In this document: positions 40,136 to 53,096 of the stretch, in pieces
Layout of the letters: each line of letters opens with the position of its first letter
Numbering within the stretch: the first letter of the stretch is position 1
Source of the DNA: Ophelia neglecta
Taxonomy: Eukaryota
Length of the DNA stretch: 64,000 nt
Reading direction: 5' to 3'
NCBI GenBank assembly: GCA_965285935.1
Contig: OZ260666.1
Span: forward strand, 682,001-746,000
Made by a program: the position numbers and the translations under genes
Notes under the pieces: generated by a model
What the model was told of the DNA's origin: nothing
Seen by the model: the letters and a program-made list of their open reading frames with translations, nothing else
The model's database searches: none

Positions 40136-41416
40136 GGGACCGAACAGAGCGCTACTGTCTGAAGTAACCAAAAGTTGACAGGCTTGCTTCTAGTACAAGA
40201 TATTTGTAAGTGGGCACAGTTTTTTGTTATTAACAGACTGAAATCGGACACACAAAAGACTGGTCACTTTCGGTTGTCTTCTGTCGTTCACGGAATGCTC
40301 GGAATTGGGGAAGAATCGGATCCCCGGAAGAATGAGAACTGACTGATTAAGGCCGGAATGTCATGCGCCATGCTGTCGTTTTTGCCTCGGCAATCCTAGT
40401 TTGGCTTTTGGCTCTCACACTGTTTCTGCCAGTTTATTTGGGCTTTCATTAGTAGGAACAAATCCAAAAGTGTAGACATGTTTATACCTCGGCGAGGAAG
40501 GGAATGCAAGTCAAACAATGCAAGAAAATAGGTATTTTTTTGGTCAACGGTTGGAAAATCCTTGGTTTCACCTTTTTCTTTTGCCAGGAGATCTCTAGAA
40601 TGAATTGATTTCAGCATAACATGTGCTAGGCAATCAGGGGAGAGAGCATATCCTCGCGACGATTGGGGTCATGTACTCAAAAGGGCCGTTTCCACGCAGG
40701 CATCAATGTAAATAGACTTCAAACAGATACATGCTAATAGAATAGATATAGAAGATACACTATGCGTTGCGCACAATAGCACGTTCTCCGGAAATCGGAG
40801 GGAGATGACTCATATTTACACAATTCCAAAGCTAATATCATTAAACTGTAAAACAAATGGCACCCGTCTTCGATGTCCTTTGTAAGTGGAATACTAATAC
40901 TATTACTACTAATACGTGTCCTTTTTATTTGGAACCTGCTCCGCTAGATCACGTGTGAGAGACACTGACAGTAACTAACTGATAAACGCTTTACATGTGT
41001 CGACGAAGAAGGCATTAATTGGTAATATGTGGCGCTGCGTGATTTAACGATTAAACGTTATCAAACGATTTATATGAGTATAAAATTTCCAAATGATCGT
41101 GCACAAGTCAAACTCACTCTGCCTAGTTATTAACGTATTAAATCAGGTTAATGAGTTAAATAACACTCTTGCTGGTATTAACTGTCTGCTTTACAACTAT
41201 AATGACATAGCCGCGCTGTTTGTATTTACATCTCTCAACATAACTCAACGTATTGTACTTATACATTTTATTACATTCATTTTACGTATACTGTTAAATC
41301 ATATTGCTTTCCCGTTGACCCCCGTTATGTCCAATTAGGCACGGTGAGCTGGATTCATATTGCAGTGTTGTCTGCCGTATCGATTGGCTTCTGAAACCTT
41401 TACTTCAAACGGCTAC

Positions 41417-41483
41417 CTCCCCCCCCCACCCCCCTCCCCCAGCGAGGAGGACGGAAGCTTACACTACTTTATATAGTATATAG
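41417..41483 (+). promoter_or_regulatory. Candidate lectin promoter (C-rich/CACCC box and TATA-like TATATAG)
   Basis: cccccccacccccctccccc followed by tttatatagtatatagg about 210 nt before the ATG. Confidence 0.35.
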
Positions 41484-41687
41484 GATTACCAGCCTATCAG
41501 CGAACCGAACGTGTGCTTCGACTAGGCATACAGTGTGTGTTTGGTCCCAACCTCCCAGCTCACAGAATGGAATCTTACACTAAGCTCATTATGTGTTTTA
41601 CATCTTCTAACCGATAACGGGCCATCACATCACATGACAACAGTGACTTTGATTTCTACTCCATATATCACGAATTTCACCAGGACA

Positions 41688-42015
41688 ATGTACGGTACAA
41701 TCGGCAGATTGCATCTTTTATTGCACTGTGTTCATTTTCTGGCACTGGTTCAGGCACTAATGACCGGAAGTTACTATAAGCTAAAGAACGCCCCCCAGGG
41801 GACGCCAGAAGAGCACTACGTCCTTGACCAAGGTCGTGTTACTGGGTCCGGGCGCTGTGCTGCCCTCTGCCAGAAGATGTGGCAAGAGGTCTGTCTGACC
41901 TATTGGCTTGACGACTATAACGTCACTTCCGGGACCTACCGCTGCCGAGCAACATGGCGGCCACATACGTTGGTACCCCAGGCCCCCGGGAGTACGATGT
42001 ATGCTCTAAGACAGG
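41688..42015 (+). CDS. Lectin exon 1: signal peptide and PAN/apple domain
   Basis: acaATG start (an in-frame upstream ATG at about 41634 is also possible); CAGG|gtaag donor. Confidence 0.8.
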
Positions 42016-45000
42016 GTAAGGTCACAAAACATTTCTCTCACAACTGTAACTACCGAACGAATAGCCCGTTAGATTAATACAAGTTTGTCTGCCACATATC
42101 GAGGCGAAAATGTTTGTTTTTGATTCTCTGAGCACATTGTTTGTTTGGGCTTAAGTTAGGTGTTAAGAAAGAAAAAAGGACATTTGTTGCAAAGTAATCT
42201 TTTAGAGGAATCCTCATCGAGTCCTCTGGTAACCGTTCACTATGGGGGCCTTGGATCGCATGCGGCATAAAACTCCCCAGCGGACTTCTAGCCAGGATTA
42301 AGCAAAAAAGGATTTATGCAAAATTTGTTAAAAGCCGATTTATAATTGCCCGCTATATACCGACGACATCCATACATGCCAAAAACATTGAGCCTGGCAA
42401 AACCAGTATTGCCGGAGGAGCGAGGGCGATACTGGCTCTGACAGGTTCAATACCAGGTATGAATGGAAACAATGAGGTATATATTTGGTTTCTAAAATAC
42501 CAAGGTACCTATTATTATTTATATATTTGATAATGTACAATTATAAAAACTCTAGGAATAAAATTGCTCAACTGGCCTTTGTAAATTAACCCAGCGTCAG
42601 TTATAGAGCAAGCTTTGACAGACTGTTCTTTTTGTGGCAAAATAAATGTTTGTTTGCTTATAAAATATAAATCAAGCGCTCTAGACGGTCTGGTCGATTT
42701 CACCAGTCGACGGACGACATATAGTACAAAAGACCACTCCAGAAGCAGATCCAGTGAATGGCAGGAGTACTAAGCGGTATGTACCGCGAATTATCAACCT
42801 CCAGAAAACCAGTATTTACTCCCTAAACAATATAATACAATACCTAATACAAGAAGGTTTAATACATTATCTCGAAGCCCCGCTTCATGCGGCGGTATTG
42901 ATCATTGAGATATGGTTACCAAACATGACACAAAGGTGCCAAACAATAGCTGCTATAGTACATCACCTAAATTCAAGAAAAAGAATCATGTCGCAATTAG
43001 AAAATTTCCGTATCCTGTCTGGTGGATTTAATGAACCGTTTGTGATATAGTCAACTAAAATATAGTGCGCCAGCCGCTCAAATTGTATTATATTTCACCT
43101 TAAGAATTGAAGATACGAGGAATTAACAATTGCCGTTTTAGAAATAGTTATAAAACTTTGCGTGGTTCTTTAGGGTGCCACTAGCTCGGATGGTATTGTA
43201 TTTCAGCTAAATCTGAAGAAGAAAAAATGGCTGCCATGAATTGTTCATTGTTGCATCGGGTCATGTAGGTTTAATATAAAACATTTAAAATGTTGCTTCT
43301 AAGTTGAATGTGCACCTTTAGAGTACCAATGATTAAGATGAAAATGTATTTAAGCAAAGTCTGGGCCTTCATATACCTGGTTTTCCACATTCGACAAAAT
43401 CGAGATTTCGTCATCAAATGTAAAGTGTATCTTCTTTTGATATCTAAGGGACAACTGCAATCTAATTCATTTGGCCTCAGCATTGATGACGTCTTGTGAA
43501 TCTTGTTTTACATATATCTAGTAATTATTAGTTAAATATTCCATCGAGTATGTCAAGTATTTCACAAGAAATACTAACCTGTCGTTCTGTTTATGATTAG
43601 TAATTAGTAATAGTGGACGCCTGTGGTACATTTCAGAGCCAGTGGCCCAGTGTACAAGGGGACTCTATGGGTCTTCGTCCGGAGGGTATGAGTTTAACGA
43701 ATTCCCAAACACTCAACAGGGACCCATCACTGCTTTTAAAATGTGGGTCGGGTCGTCTCAGATTAGGGGGTAAGTATGTATATCTTTATAACTCGGGAGG
43801 TGGACTGGGCATCGGAAACAAACACACCAAGTTCAGTATTAATGGTTAATATCCACATTACCGTAACGGTACCAATAGTACTCACCTTTATATTATTATA
43901 TGTTTATTTTCCTCAACTAAATGAGAGCTAGTACAATGACAGTATTTACAACATATTAAACAATGACAGCATAATATATCACTACAATTATATATAGACA
44001 ACAACTACACGATCATATCTTGTTACATTTGAAGTCATATTGGAAAACGACTGCCAGCGAGCCAAACATTTCAGCACATAATCGAAGCATAAAGGGAGTG
44101 TAATCCTCCTCGTCGAGACCCACCGTAAGGCGAATAAAATGGTCTGTGCTTAAATTGTACAAAGACACCGACTGTGAAACTGGCAGTTCGTCAAAGACAG
44201 TTTCCCAAAATAGGTCTCTTACTTCTCTGAGATATGAACATCCATCTTCACACAACAAGTGGTGAAATGGACTATCGACATGTTTGTCGCACATAATACA
44301 CGATATAATCAAATCGGAGTTATAAAAACACAGTAATCTTGCCAAATTCAAGCAAGCAGTTTTCAATTCAATGTGACACTTAGCAAATTTATACAGAAAC
44401 AAAGGTTTAAAGTCAGTCAACGCATCATGAAACAAACCGTAATCTAGGTTTATAGCAGTTTCGTCATGAATCCGCTTGGATTCAAATTCCGAAATTGCCG
44501 ATGAAACAATAAACTTCCACTTACGCCTAGACAATTTACTAACAGAGGTAACATCATCGACAAACTCGTTAAGACCGTATTTTAGCAATAAACGTACTAT
44601 CTCGGGAATAAACCCTCTCTGTTCAGGCACATTTGAACGGTCAGATAATCTAAATAAAAACAATTGACTGGCTAAGTGGCGATCTGGTTCTAGTGTAGAA
44701 ATCCTATGCAAAAACATTAACTTTTTACCATCAATTTCACACTCTATTGAAAGCCAACCAAGCGTACCCAAAGCTGTCAAGGTGTGTGTTCTACGTAGGA
44801 ACCCCTGGATAGATTTAGCTGCATGTCTTTGCATGGCTTCCAACTCAGTCACTTCAGATAGTGTCAAATTTGACCACAGTTCCGCGCCATGAAGTGCCGA
44901 AGGCAAACAAACCTGCCGCCATAATCTGGCCGATACTATTGGGTTGAGTCCAGTTGCGGTCACACCGACCCCAGCCATACCGGCCAGCTGACATCTACCC

Positions 45001-48000
45001 TTCACACAGGCTGAGTGAGTTCTCATGGCAGACCTGAAGTCAGAGGTGAGAATGATACCGACATGGGTCTCAGAGTAGACTTCCTCGATTTGTTGACCGT
45101 TTAGCCACCACTTACGCCAATTACAGTTCTTTACAGTCTGGTGTTTACTTTCGCCGAACACAATTACTTTGCTTTTGGAGGACGAGAACTTCAGCCGCCA
45201 CCGCCTGGCGTACTCACTAGCAGCATCGAGCATCAACTGGAGGCCGTTCCGTGTACAGGAAAGTAGCGCACTATCATCCGCCAGAGTAGGACTACCCAGG
45301 TCAATGCCCGACAATCGAAGCCCGCGCTCAGTCTCCAACATACAGTCGTGAAAATCACAGTACGCCACAGCATGCATGAACGTAGATAAAATGCCACCCT
45401 GCTTAATACTTCTGGAGATAGAGAAGGGTTGAGAAAGCACGCCGCTCAACATAACAGACATCTCCGATCCAATAAGCCACTCGCGGAAAAGCAGCCATGG
45501 AGATCCCTTTACTCCAAGTCGGTACAACTTAAGCAAGAGTGCACTCCACCAGACTCTGTCAAATGCCTTCTCTGCATCCAGAAAAGCCGCATATACCCTG
45601 CTACCACGCTCCACAAAGTGTAGTATAGCCTCCTGTATGGAGAAGGAGAGGAGAAGGTTACTCGACTGTGGTTTACAGTGTTGCAGTTTGTTGGGAAACT
45701 GCTTCTCCAAAAGCCATGGTTTCATACGTTCAGCAACAATTTTTTAAGCAATTTGTTCAAAACGGGCATTAAAGTCAGTCCTCTGTACGAATCCTTACTG
45801 TCCTTCGGTTTCTTCTTCCCCTTATACAAGGGCACGAGAACACCGTTCTTGAATGACTGTGGTATGTGAACTTGATGGATCATGTTATTGTATAAATAGG
45901 CCAGCACTTCATACAACACATGTCCTCCGTACCTCAAATGTTCATATGTTATAAAGTCTTTGCCTGGAGCTTTACCGTTTGGGAGTTTCCTTGCCGTTTT
46001 ACGGACTTCCTCGGCTGTAATTTTTGTTTCAAATATGCCCGTATTGTCTTCTTGAGTGTGTGCGTCACTGAGAATGTCTCCTACTTCAGCCTGTACGGCT
46101 TCAGCAAAATCTTTATCGTAATTGGACGATTCCCATGGTTGCTCGTTTAACAGTGTGGCAAAGTGTGTAGCCCAGAACGTTCGAAGCTCATCAGGGTTGG
46201 TATATGTGTTCTCACTATCGTTAATGATGTGGAAACTCTCTTGGGGCTCACTGCGACTCCTGACGAAGCGCCAAAAAGCTACCAGATCTATCTCGCCGTC
46301 AACTTTAGCCATGCGGTCTTCTTCGCGCTTTTTAATTTTTAGGTACTGCATTATTCCAAATTTAGTCTTTGCGTCTTTATAACTTCTAAACGACTGGTGT
46401 TCCTTCCCTCTTGGCGATCCTTGGTCCTTCCATGCTTTACGCAAGGCATTTTGCTTGGCGTGAGCCGTGTTCAGATCCTCATCCCAGTAAGAATTCTGAT
46501 AATGGACAGCATTAGACACAGGAATATACTGCTGTGCACTACTACTCATGATCGCGATGAGAGCTTCACATTGTCTGTCTATAGTGGCTGGTGGTATCGG
46601 CGCGAGTGTGTTTAATTCAAAATTTCGAAATAATTCCATTAATCTAAAGTTATTCATATTTGCATAGGATTCCGTGTCACCATTTCGCCAATTCAGAAAT
46701 TTTCGCCTTACATCATCGAATGCGACAAGGGTGAATCTGAGCGTACAATTAACTACTAGGTGATCAGAAGTGTTATAGGAAGAATCCGGCCCAACAGAAC
46801 AACTTTCTACAACATGTACATACTCTCCCGGTATACAAATGTGGTCGATCTGTGAACATTTAAAGTCACCATGTCCCCGGTATGTCCACTTTGGACCAGT
46901 ACAAATTTCAGAACAATTAATAGATTTCACATTCATTCTAACAAGATAATTCTGCAGCATATCGCACTTCCAGATGCACGTTTACACTATCAAAGGCTGT
47001 CGTGCGGCATATCTCACTTCTGTCCTTAGTTAACCGTTAGCTATTTTGTGCGCGTTCTAAACCGCCTTATGAAAAATTGCTGACTACTTCTCAGTGGAAA
47101 TAATATCAATTATATGTTTCTTATTATATTATTTGCAATACAAGTTTGTTTACAGTTTGGGTGTTGGACAGTGTGGGGCTATTGCTGCTAGTCCTTGGTG
47201 AATTCGGAACCATTTAGTGGACTATTCTTGCGTGATCATTCTCGATTTTTTATTGTTACACGTTTTTTATCCCTCATATCGTTTTTATGAATCATTGTTG
47301 GAGAAGTAGACTATTGTTATTTGTTACCAAACTGTGCCGATTTTAAATAATAAATATAACTTTTCTTTTTTCACAAAAAAAAAATCAGTCCTGGTTTGTT
47401 TTGAGGAATATCAATGCATGAATATATCGATAATTGAATTATATATGATATATATATGATATATATGAAACGTGCAAAATAATATGTACATGTTGTTATT
47501 GGATTATTTGGTTTTTATTATAGGGTTTGTTATCTTTCTGGAGCATTAGGTTACAGTTCCCCCGTTGTCAATGTGCATGTCCAATGTGTACGGGGTGTAC
47601 ATAACGACTAAATTGGTCAGTGGTGGCCACCAAAAAGTCATCGTTGCCTCCCCGAGGATAAGTTTTTGAAAAGCTTTTATGCAAGCTAATTTGGAACCTT
47701 TGCTTTTGTAGAATCCAAGTACGATATGGATCGACTTGGGGTTCAAAACAGGGACGACCCAGTGGCACCAAAATGACCTTCAACTTGGAGCCAGGAGAGT
47801 ACATAAAGGTCATTCACGGTCATCATGGCATAGATCACGTGGATAAAAACTTCTTTTGTGTAACACAATTGCAACTCACAACCAACAAGAGGGATTTCCC
47901 TGCCCTCGGGTCCCCCGCATGGGATAATGACGTCATGTTCACGGCGTCAGGGGTAGAACTGCTGTACATCGAGGGCCGAAGTGGAGGTCTCCTAGACGCA

Positions 48001-48027
48001 ATCAAGTTCCATTTTGTACGTTGCTAA
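41688..48027 (+). CDS. Secreted PAN/apple plus jacalin-like (ZG16-type beta-prism) lectin, about 258 aa; join(41688..42015,43637..43769,47712..48027)
   Basis: Hydrophobic signal peptide; C-x3-C-x7-C-x16-C PAN core; then YGSSSGG..GPITAFKM..GIQVRYGSTW..LEPGEYI..GRSGGLLDAIKFHF matching ZG16/jacalin. Canonical GT-AG sites in phases 1 and 2. Confidence 0.85.
43637..43769 (+). CDS. Lectin exon 2: jacalin N-terminal part (EPVAQCTRGLYGSSSGGYEFNEFPNTQQGPITAFKMWVGSSQIRG)
   Basis: tttcag acceptor, gtaagt donor; the frame differs from the ORF-track entry at 43613. Confidence 0.87.
43890..46960 (-). mobile_element. Non-LTR retrotransposon (APE-RT, probably RTE-X/CR1-L2-like), 5'-truncated, with a single frameshift
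   Basis: Endonuclease end (IDHI, SDHL), KAPGKD, DAEKAFD, QGGILS, PTLADD, C-terminal CxxC..H..C; 3' end GAGGAAAATAAA plus a TA-rich tail. Confidence 0.92.
47712..48027 (+). CDS. Lectin exon 3: jacalin C-terminal part
   Basis: ttgtag acceptor; IQVRYG...GRSGGLLDAI...RC*. Confidence 0.9.
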
Positions 48028-48529
48028 AAAAGAAACTTCTCTACGACAAGAAACAGTTAAATGCTATACACTTGATAATTAAGTTCCTTTTTGATTTGTT
48101 AAAAAGAAGAAAACATTTTACACAGAATTTTCGCGAAGGTAAATAGCTTCTAGTGATTGACTGTCGATTTGTCACGAGTATCCAGCTGCCTCTAGTCTTA
48201 TGATATCCTATACATACGGTTATACATCTAATAGAATTTAATATCTAGAACCGGAATAGTATAAAATAATATAAAAGCTGTGCAGTAAACTGTATAGAAA
48301 TACATAATTCATATGAAATTTACATTTTTCATTTATGAAACGACATATAGTTCACTCAAAACTGTATGGAGTTTTGCCTAGTCAAACAGACGAAAAATGG
48401 CAAGGATTCAGGTACAAGGATTAAGGTGCAATACGGGGTTCCATTTGGTTTAAATACATGGATCTACATTGTAAATGCCTAGTTTGTAAGTACACATATG
48501 GGCAATAAAATATCTAGCGTTATTATATC

Positions 48530-48729
48530 CTGTGGCGGATTCAGGATTTCAGGAAGGGGGGGGGGCAAATTTTCCAAGGTTGAAAAGGCCATTGCCTGAA
48601 TTGTCCCCGTTACCAACCCTCTGAAACTACCTTGCATGGGTCCAGAAATAGGCCCTGGTCTGGGCCCATTTTTTGGCAAAATGGGGGGGGGGGGCGGGCC
48701 CCCTGCCCCCGCCCCTAAATCCGCCACTG
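48530..48729. mobile_element. hAT-like MITE (CAGTGGCGGAT TIR), copy 1
   Basis: CTGTGGCGGAT...ATCCGCCACTG; the internal sequence is homologous and inverted relative to the 55001 copy. Confidence 0.8.
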
Positions 48730-48835
48730 TACATGTATATCCTTTTCACGGCTATGCAGCCGATGTATTTACTACAAGTGATGCTTCCCGAAGAGACTCT
48801 GTCACAAGCAATATATCTGGCAACAACTGGCACTA

Positions 48836-48868
48836 TCAAAAGCATGGCTGAACTCTGGCTTGTGCCAT
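48836..48868 (-). CDS. Candidate smORF MAQARVQPCF in exon 2 of the minus-strand transcript
   Basis: First ATG after the strong acceptor at 48946/48945; acgATGG context; double stop TGA TAG. Confidence 0.2.
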   Translation of the reverse strand: MAQARVQPCF

Positions 48869-49499
48869 CGTCACTTCAGAATGCAACAATCGCTGCTGAT
48901 AGGTATATACCAGTTTATTTAACAATTCAAAAGTTACGTTATATTCTAAAATGGTAAGAAAACAAGAAAGGTCTGCATTGTGAGTTCTGGCTATGTTTAA
49001 ACATTTCAAAATCGTTTTGCGATACAACAAAAATGCAAAACATATTCGGTGTTAATAATTGGAAAGACATTGTGACAAATGTTCACTTCCAAATAACTAC
49101 ATTTGTAAAAAAACAACAAAACAAAACATCAAAAACTGGTTTCGGAGTGTCAAAGAAATAGTTTTGTATTATGTAATAGGTTAGGAATGGAGCAGAGTTT
49201 AAATGACATTTTTTGGTTGACACCTTTATTACATAGATTACCAATACAGAAATTTAATGTATATGAACCATTATCCTCTTTGCTCTTAACTTAATGATTT
49301 TGCTAGCAGTAATGAAACCATTATAACGACTATAATACTATTTGCAGTTAATATACTAACCATCTAGATGTGTTAAACACCGTTATAAGGACTATTATCC
49401 AACTTATTTTATATATTGTTCTGCTTTATGTAATGAATACTATTTTTGCCATTTATTATACTACTTATTGTGCATATGCTATTTAGCTAGATGGTATGA

Positions 49500-52400
49500 A
49501 TTCCGTAATAACGGACCTGAATGGTAATTATGGCGAGGTTATAGGAAATGGTGGAGTTAAGCCTTTTTGGAGAAAAACATCCAACCAATTACCAGTATAA
49601 AATCAGACAGAATTATCTGGCTACAAATGGTTGATGATACAGGTATTACCTTAAATATTTTGTCTGTCTATCTCCCTCAACGAAATTGTAAGAGCCAAAC
49701 ATATATTGGTGTACTGAATATGCTTAAGGAGGCCGTTCTAGCTTTGAACGAAAGTGGGTTTGATAATTATTATGGGGGATTAAAATGTCCAGATCAGTAA
49801 GCATCATGGCCCTCGTGGTACAGATCGTTTATCCCAAAATGGCATGCAGCTCGATGCCTTCCTCCTTGAGACAGGGTTAGTGGCAGTAGATGTATCTGAA
49901 ATAGCGACAGGCCCGGCCTATACATATGTGGGTATTGGTAATGTTACATCATACATCGACCACTGTCTCATTTCGGTGTCGTTATTGCCCAATGTTATAT
50001 GTTGTAATGTACAGGAGGAAAACCTCACCAACACCTTAGATCACCTCCCCTTGTATGTGTCCATATCACTGGATAATTGGTATAAAATGGTTTACTCGGA
50101 GAGACCTCAGTGGAACAAACTAAACTGGAAAGGTATGACACGTGAGGATATTGCCAAAACGTACTCGGCACGAGTAGAAGATCAGTTGGCAGATGACATA
50201 ATATATTGTGATCTGACAAATGAGTATATCCTAGGTAATTTGTAGAGTCTATTAAATTAGTCTTGACTGACACTGCAGCCCTATCAATACCCCAATGTAA
50301 GTTTAAAAAGTGGCTCAAGCCTTATTGGAATAATACTGTAAACTGTGCGAAGAAGCATCAAATGGCGGATTATAACGCATGGGTTAATTCTGGTAGACCG
50401 AGAGACGCATCGAACATATTATACAGGAGATATAAAAAATGTAAGTCAGTTTATAGAAAGGAACGAAGGAGGGCGGCGCACCAGGAAGCAGAAAGAGAAC
50501 AGAAAGACCTTATATCATCGGGTGAATTTAGGCAAGACTTTTACTGGCGGCTGGTAAAGCTTAAACTAAAATCCGGTAGTAATGTAAGAGTCCATCTCAT
50601 AGAGAATGAAGAGGGCCGTTTACTCACTGATATTAATAAAATCCGCGACTAATGGGGAACTTATTGTCGTCGATTAATGTTGCCAAAGATTGATGAAACC
50701 TATTTGAATGGCTTTCAAAAAACTGTAGACAAAAGCTTAGAGAATTATTTGCAAAACTCATATGAGGAAATTGATGATATACTGGAGGAACCATTCTCAT
50801 TAAGTGAGACAACCGCAATGATTGCTCGCCTAAACCCAGGTAAAGCACCGGGCCACGATGGGCTCACTGCCGAGCATATCAAATACGGTGGTAACAGATT
50901 GTGTATCGCTTTGATGAACATATTTAACACTATTGTCCGCTTAGAATGTATCCCATTAAACCTTTTGAGATCCCATTGTTTAAAGGGGGCGACAAAGATC
51001 CCAACACGAAGGATAGTTATCGTAAGATTAGTCTACTACCTATTCCGAGTAAACTACTTGGGGGGGGGGGGGGGGGTAATCGAAGACCGACTCAATATAT
51101 GGTCGAAAGAGGCTGGGTGCATAAATGTTCTACAGGGGGCAGCTCAAGACCGATGCTCCAGTAAGCATTCGGCTCTGCTCTTACGGCAAAATGTTTACAC
51201 ACTTTTATATGAGGGTCATGTCGTCTATGTTGCCTTACTTGACATACGAAAGGCCTTTGACAGTGTATGGACGAATGGACTATTGTATTAATTATATAAC
51301 ATGGGTATAAAAGGCAAGACATTCAGAATATTACGTGAGTGGTTTAATCAGTTTATGTGCTCCGTTAGAATTGGGACTGGTCTGTCAGAATGGTTTGAAT
51401 CATTTCAGGGCCTCCACCAAGGTGGGATGTTATCGATGCTATTGTTCATTTTTTATTATAATGATTTATTAAATGAGTTGTCACATTGTGGAAAAGGAAG
51501 TCAATTATACGGCATGGAAGCTTCCTGTCCAGGCTTCGCCGATGACGTGTCCTTAGTTTCTACAAACCCCCAAAACAGAATATAGCTTATTCTTGTAGCA
51601 GGAGGTGGCGTCTTGCCTACAATGTCAAGAAAAGTGAGGTTCTTGTCTTTGGGGCGCCTAAATCAGTAGTGCCACCAACCCTGTACCTTGGCCCGGGGGC
51701 AGTCCCTGGGAGAGATGGCACCACCCCATCTTGGCACCCCTCTCGCCGTCTCTAGCGGAGCGCTGTCTGAATTGCTCCGAGCTAGACTCGATAAGGCTGC
51801 AAGGACCCTAAACGCGCTACTAGGAGTGGGCACAGCCCACGGGCTCTTCAATAGTCGTACACTATCGAAATTGTATTGGTCGGTGGTAATACCGGGTTTC
51901 CTGTGTGGTTTGGACATGCTGAATCTGTCTCGGAAACATATTGACCTGCTGGAGAAAGAGCATAGGCGCATGCCCAGACTGGTACAGAATTTGTCACCCA
52001 AGGCATGCAATGCAGCGGTCTTGGCCAGTATTGGATGGCGGAGTATTGAAGGAAGGAAGGTGGAGTGTGCGTTAAGTCCTAAGTTAGGATTGTTCCGGCA
52101 GCTGGTGCCGAACTACACAGGCATTGGCTGGTGGACACATGCTTGTAATATGAGGGCAGTTAAAGGCACGCAGGCTATTATTAAGTTAGCAACGGGTACA
52201 TCGGCTATACACAGCCATGTTGGTAAATACATAAACCCAAACCAAAATTGGTGTCCCTTATGCGGCGACCGTAGTGACGACATTAACCATTTCTTACTTA
52301 AATGTAATGCTCTCGCAAAAGAAAGATCTCTTCTGTTTTCAATGATTGATGTAGACACCTACGATGAGCGCCATGTAGAACCGTGTGTGACATTACTAAA

Positions 52401-52642
52401 CTGCGACTCTTACTTCCAAGAAAGTCAAACCAGTGTTTTAGAATATATCAATGCTATGTATAATCGTCGCCTCTACGCAGGTAAATACACACCGGTTAGG
52501 CCTACTTAGCTTATCACGCACATGTGAACCAAGTTTTTAACTACTTTGTTATGCTACCTTACTTTGAACTGTAAATATATTTTTCATTAACATGCATGTA
52601 CTCTCCGGAAAGCGGAGGAATGACAAATAAATATATAATATA
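49500..52642 (+). mobile_element. Decayed non-LTR retrotransposon (APE-RT, RTE-X-like) with multiple frameshifts and stops
   Basis: SVYLPQ, IDHC, DHLP, KAPGHDG, DIRKAFD, QGGMLS, FADD, CPLC..HFLLKC across frames; 3' GGAGG..AATAAA tail. Confidence 0.9.
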
Positions 52643-52976
52643 ACGGCTTAAGATAACACGAGGACGACAGACAAACGACCCCGGACAATAAAGGTGATTG
52701 TTTACGAACTTGTAAATGAAGCAATAAACAATGTGCAAGCATGCTTGACTTCTTAACTTTTTACTCAATAAACAGAGTGAAAAATGCTGTCAAATCACAC
52801 AGAAATTTATCGACTTAATGAATTATATATTTTATCTATACATTTTTTTAAAAATATTGTTAGTATTACTTTAAGACGACTCGGTCTTATTTGTGTATAT
52901 TAAACATAAAACATAAGTTCTTACCTGGAGAAAGCTTGCGGACTAGCAACGTTTATTCGTCGGATGTTGTCTCCGA

Positions 52977-53096
52977 TGCTTTACAAGACCGTGGCTTCTT
53001 ATATAGCTAGGGGAGCAGCTATATTTTGCTATGGGGTAAATTTAGATTTTCACCTTAATTGGTTGGACGCGGAGAAGGTTAGTGTCGGATGACGTT
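52977..53096 (-). promoter_or_regulatory. Pol II promoter: CCAAT (53058-53062), TATATAAG (52998-53005), predicted TSS about 52977
   Basis: Canonical spacing (about -85 and -28), followed by a 53-nt exon ending in CCAG|gtaaga at 52925/52924. Confidence 0.55.

Noticed and set aside
43613-43849. ORF-track peptide MDACGTFQ...
   Set aside because: Wrong frame; the alternative frame from the 43637 acceptor gives the jacalin sequence.
48833-48868. Selenocysteine readthrough (C-F-TGA-TAG)
   Set aside because: No convincing SECIS element is visible downstream, and the peptide is implausibly short.
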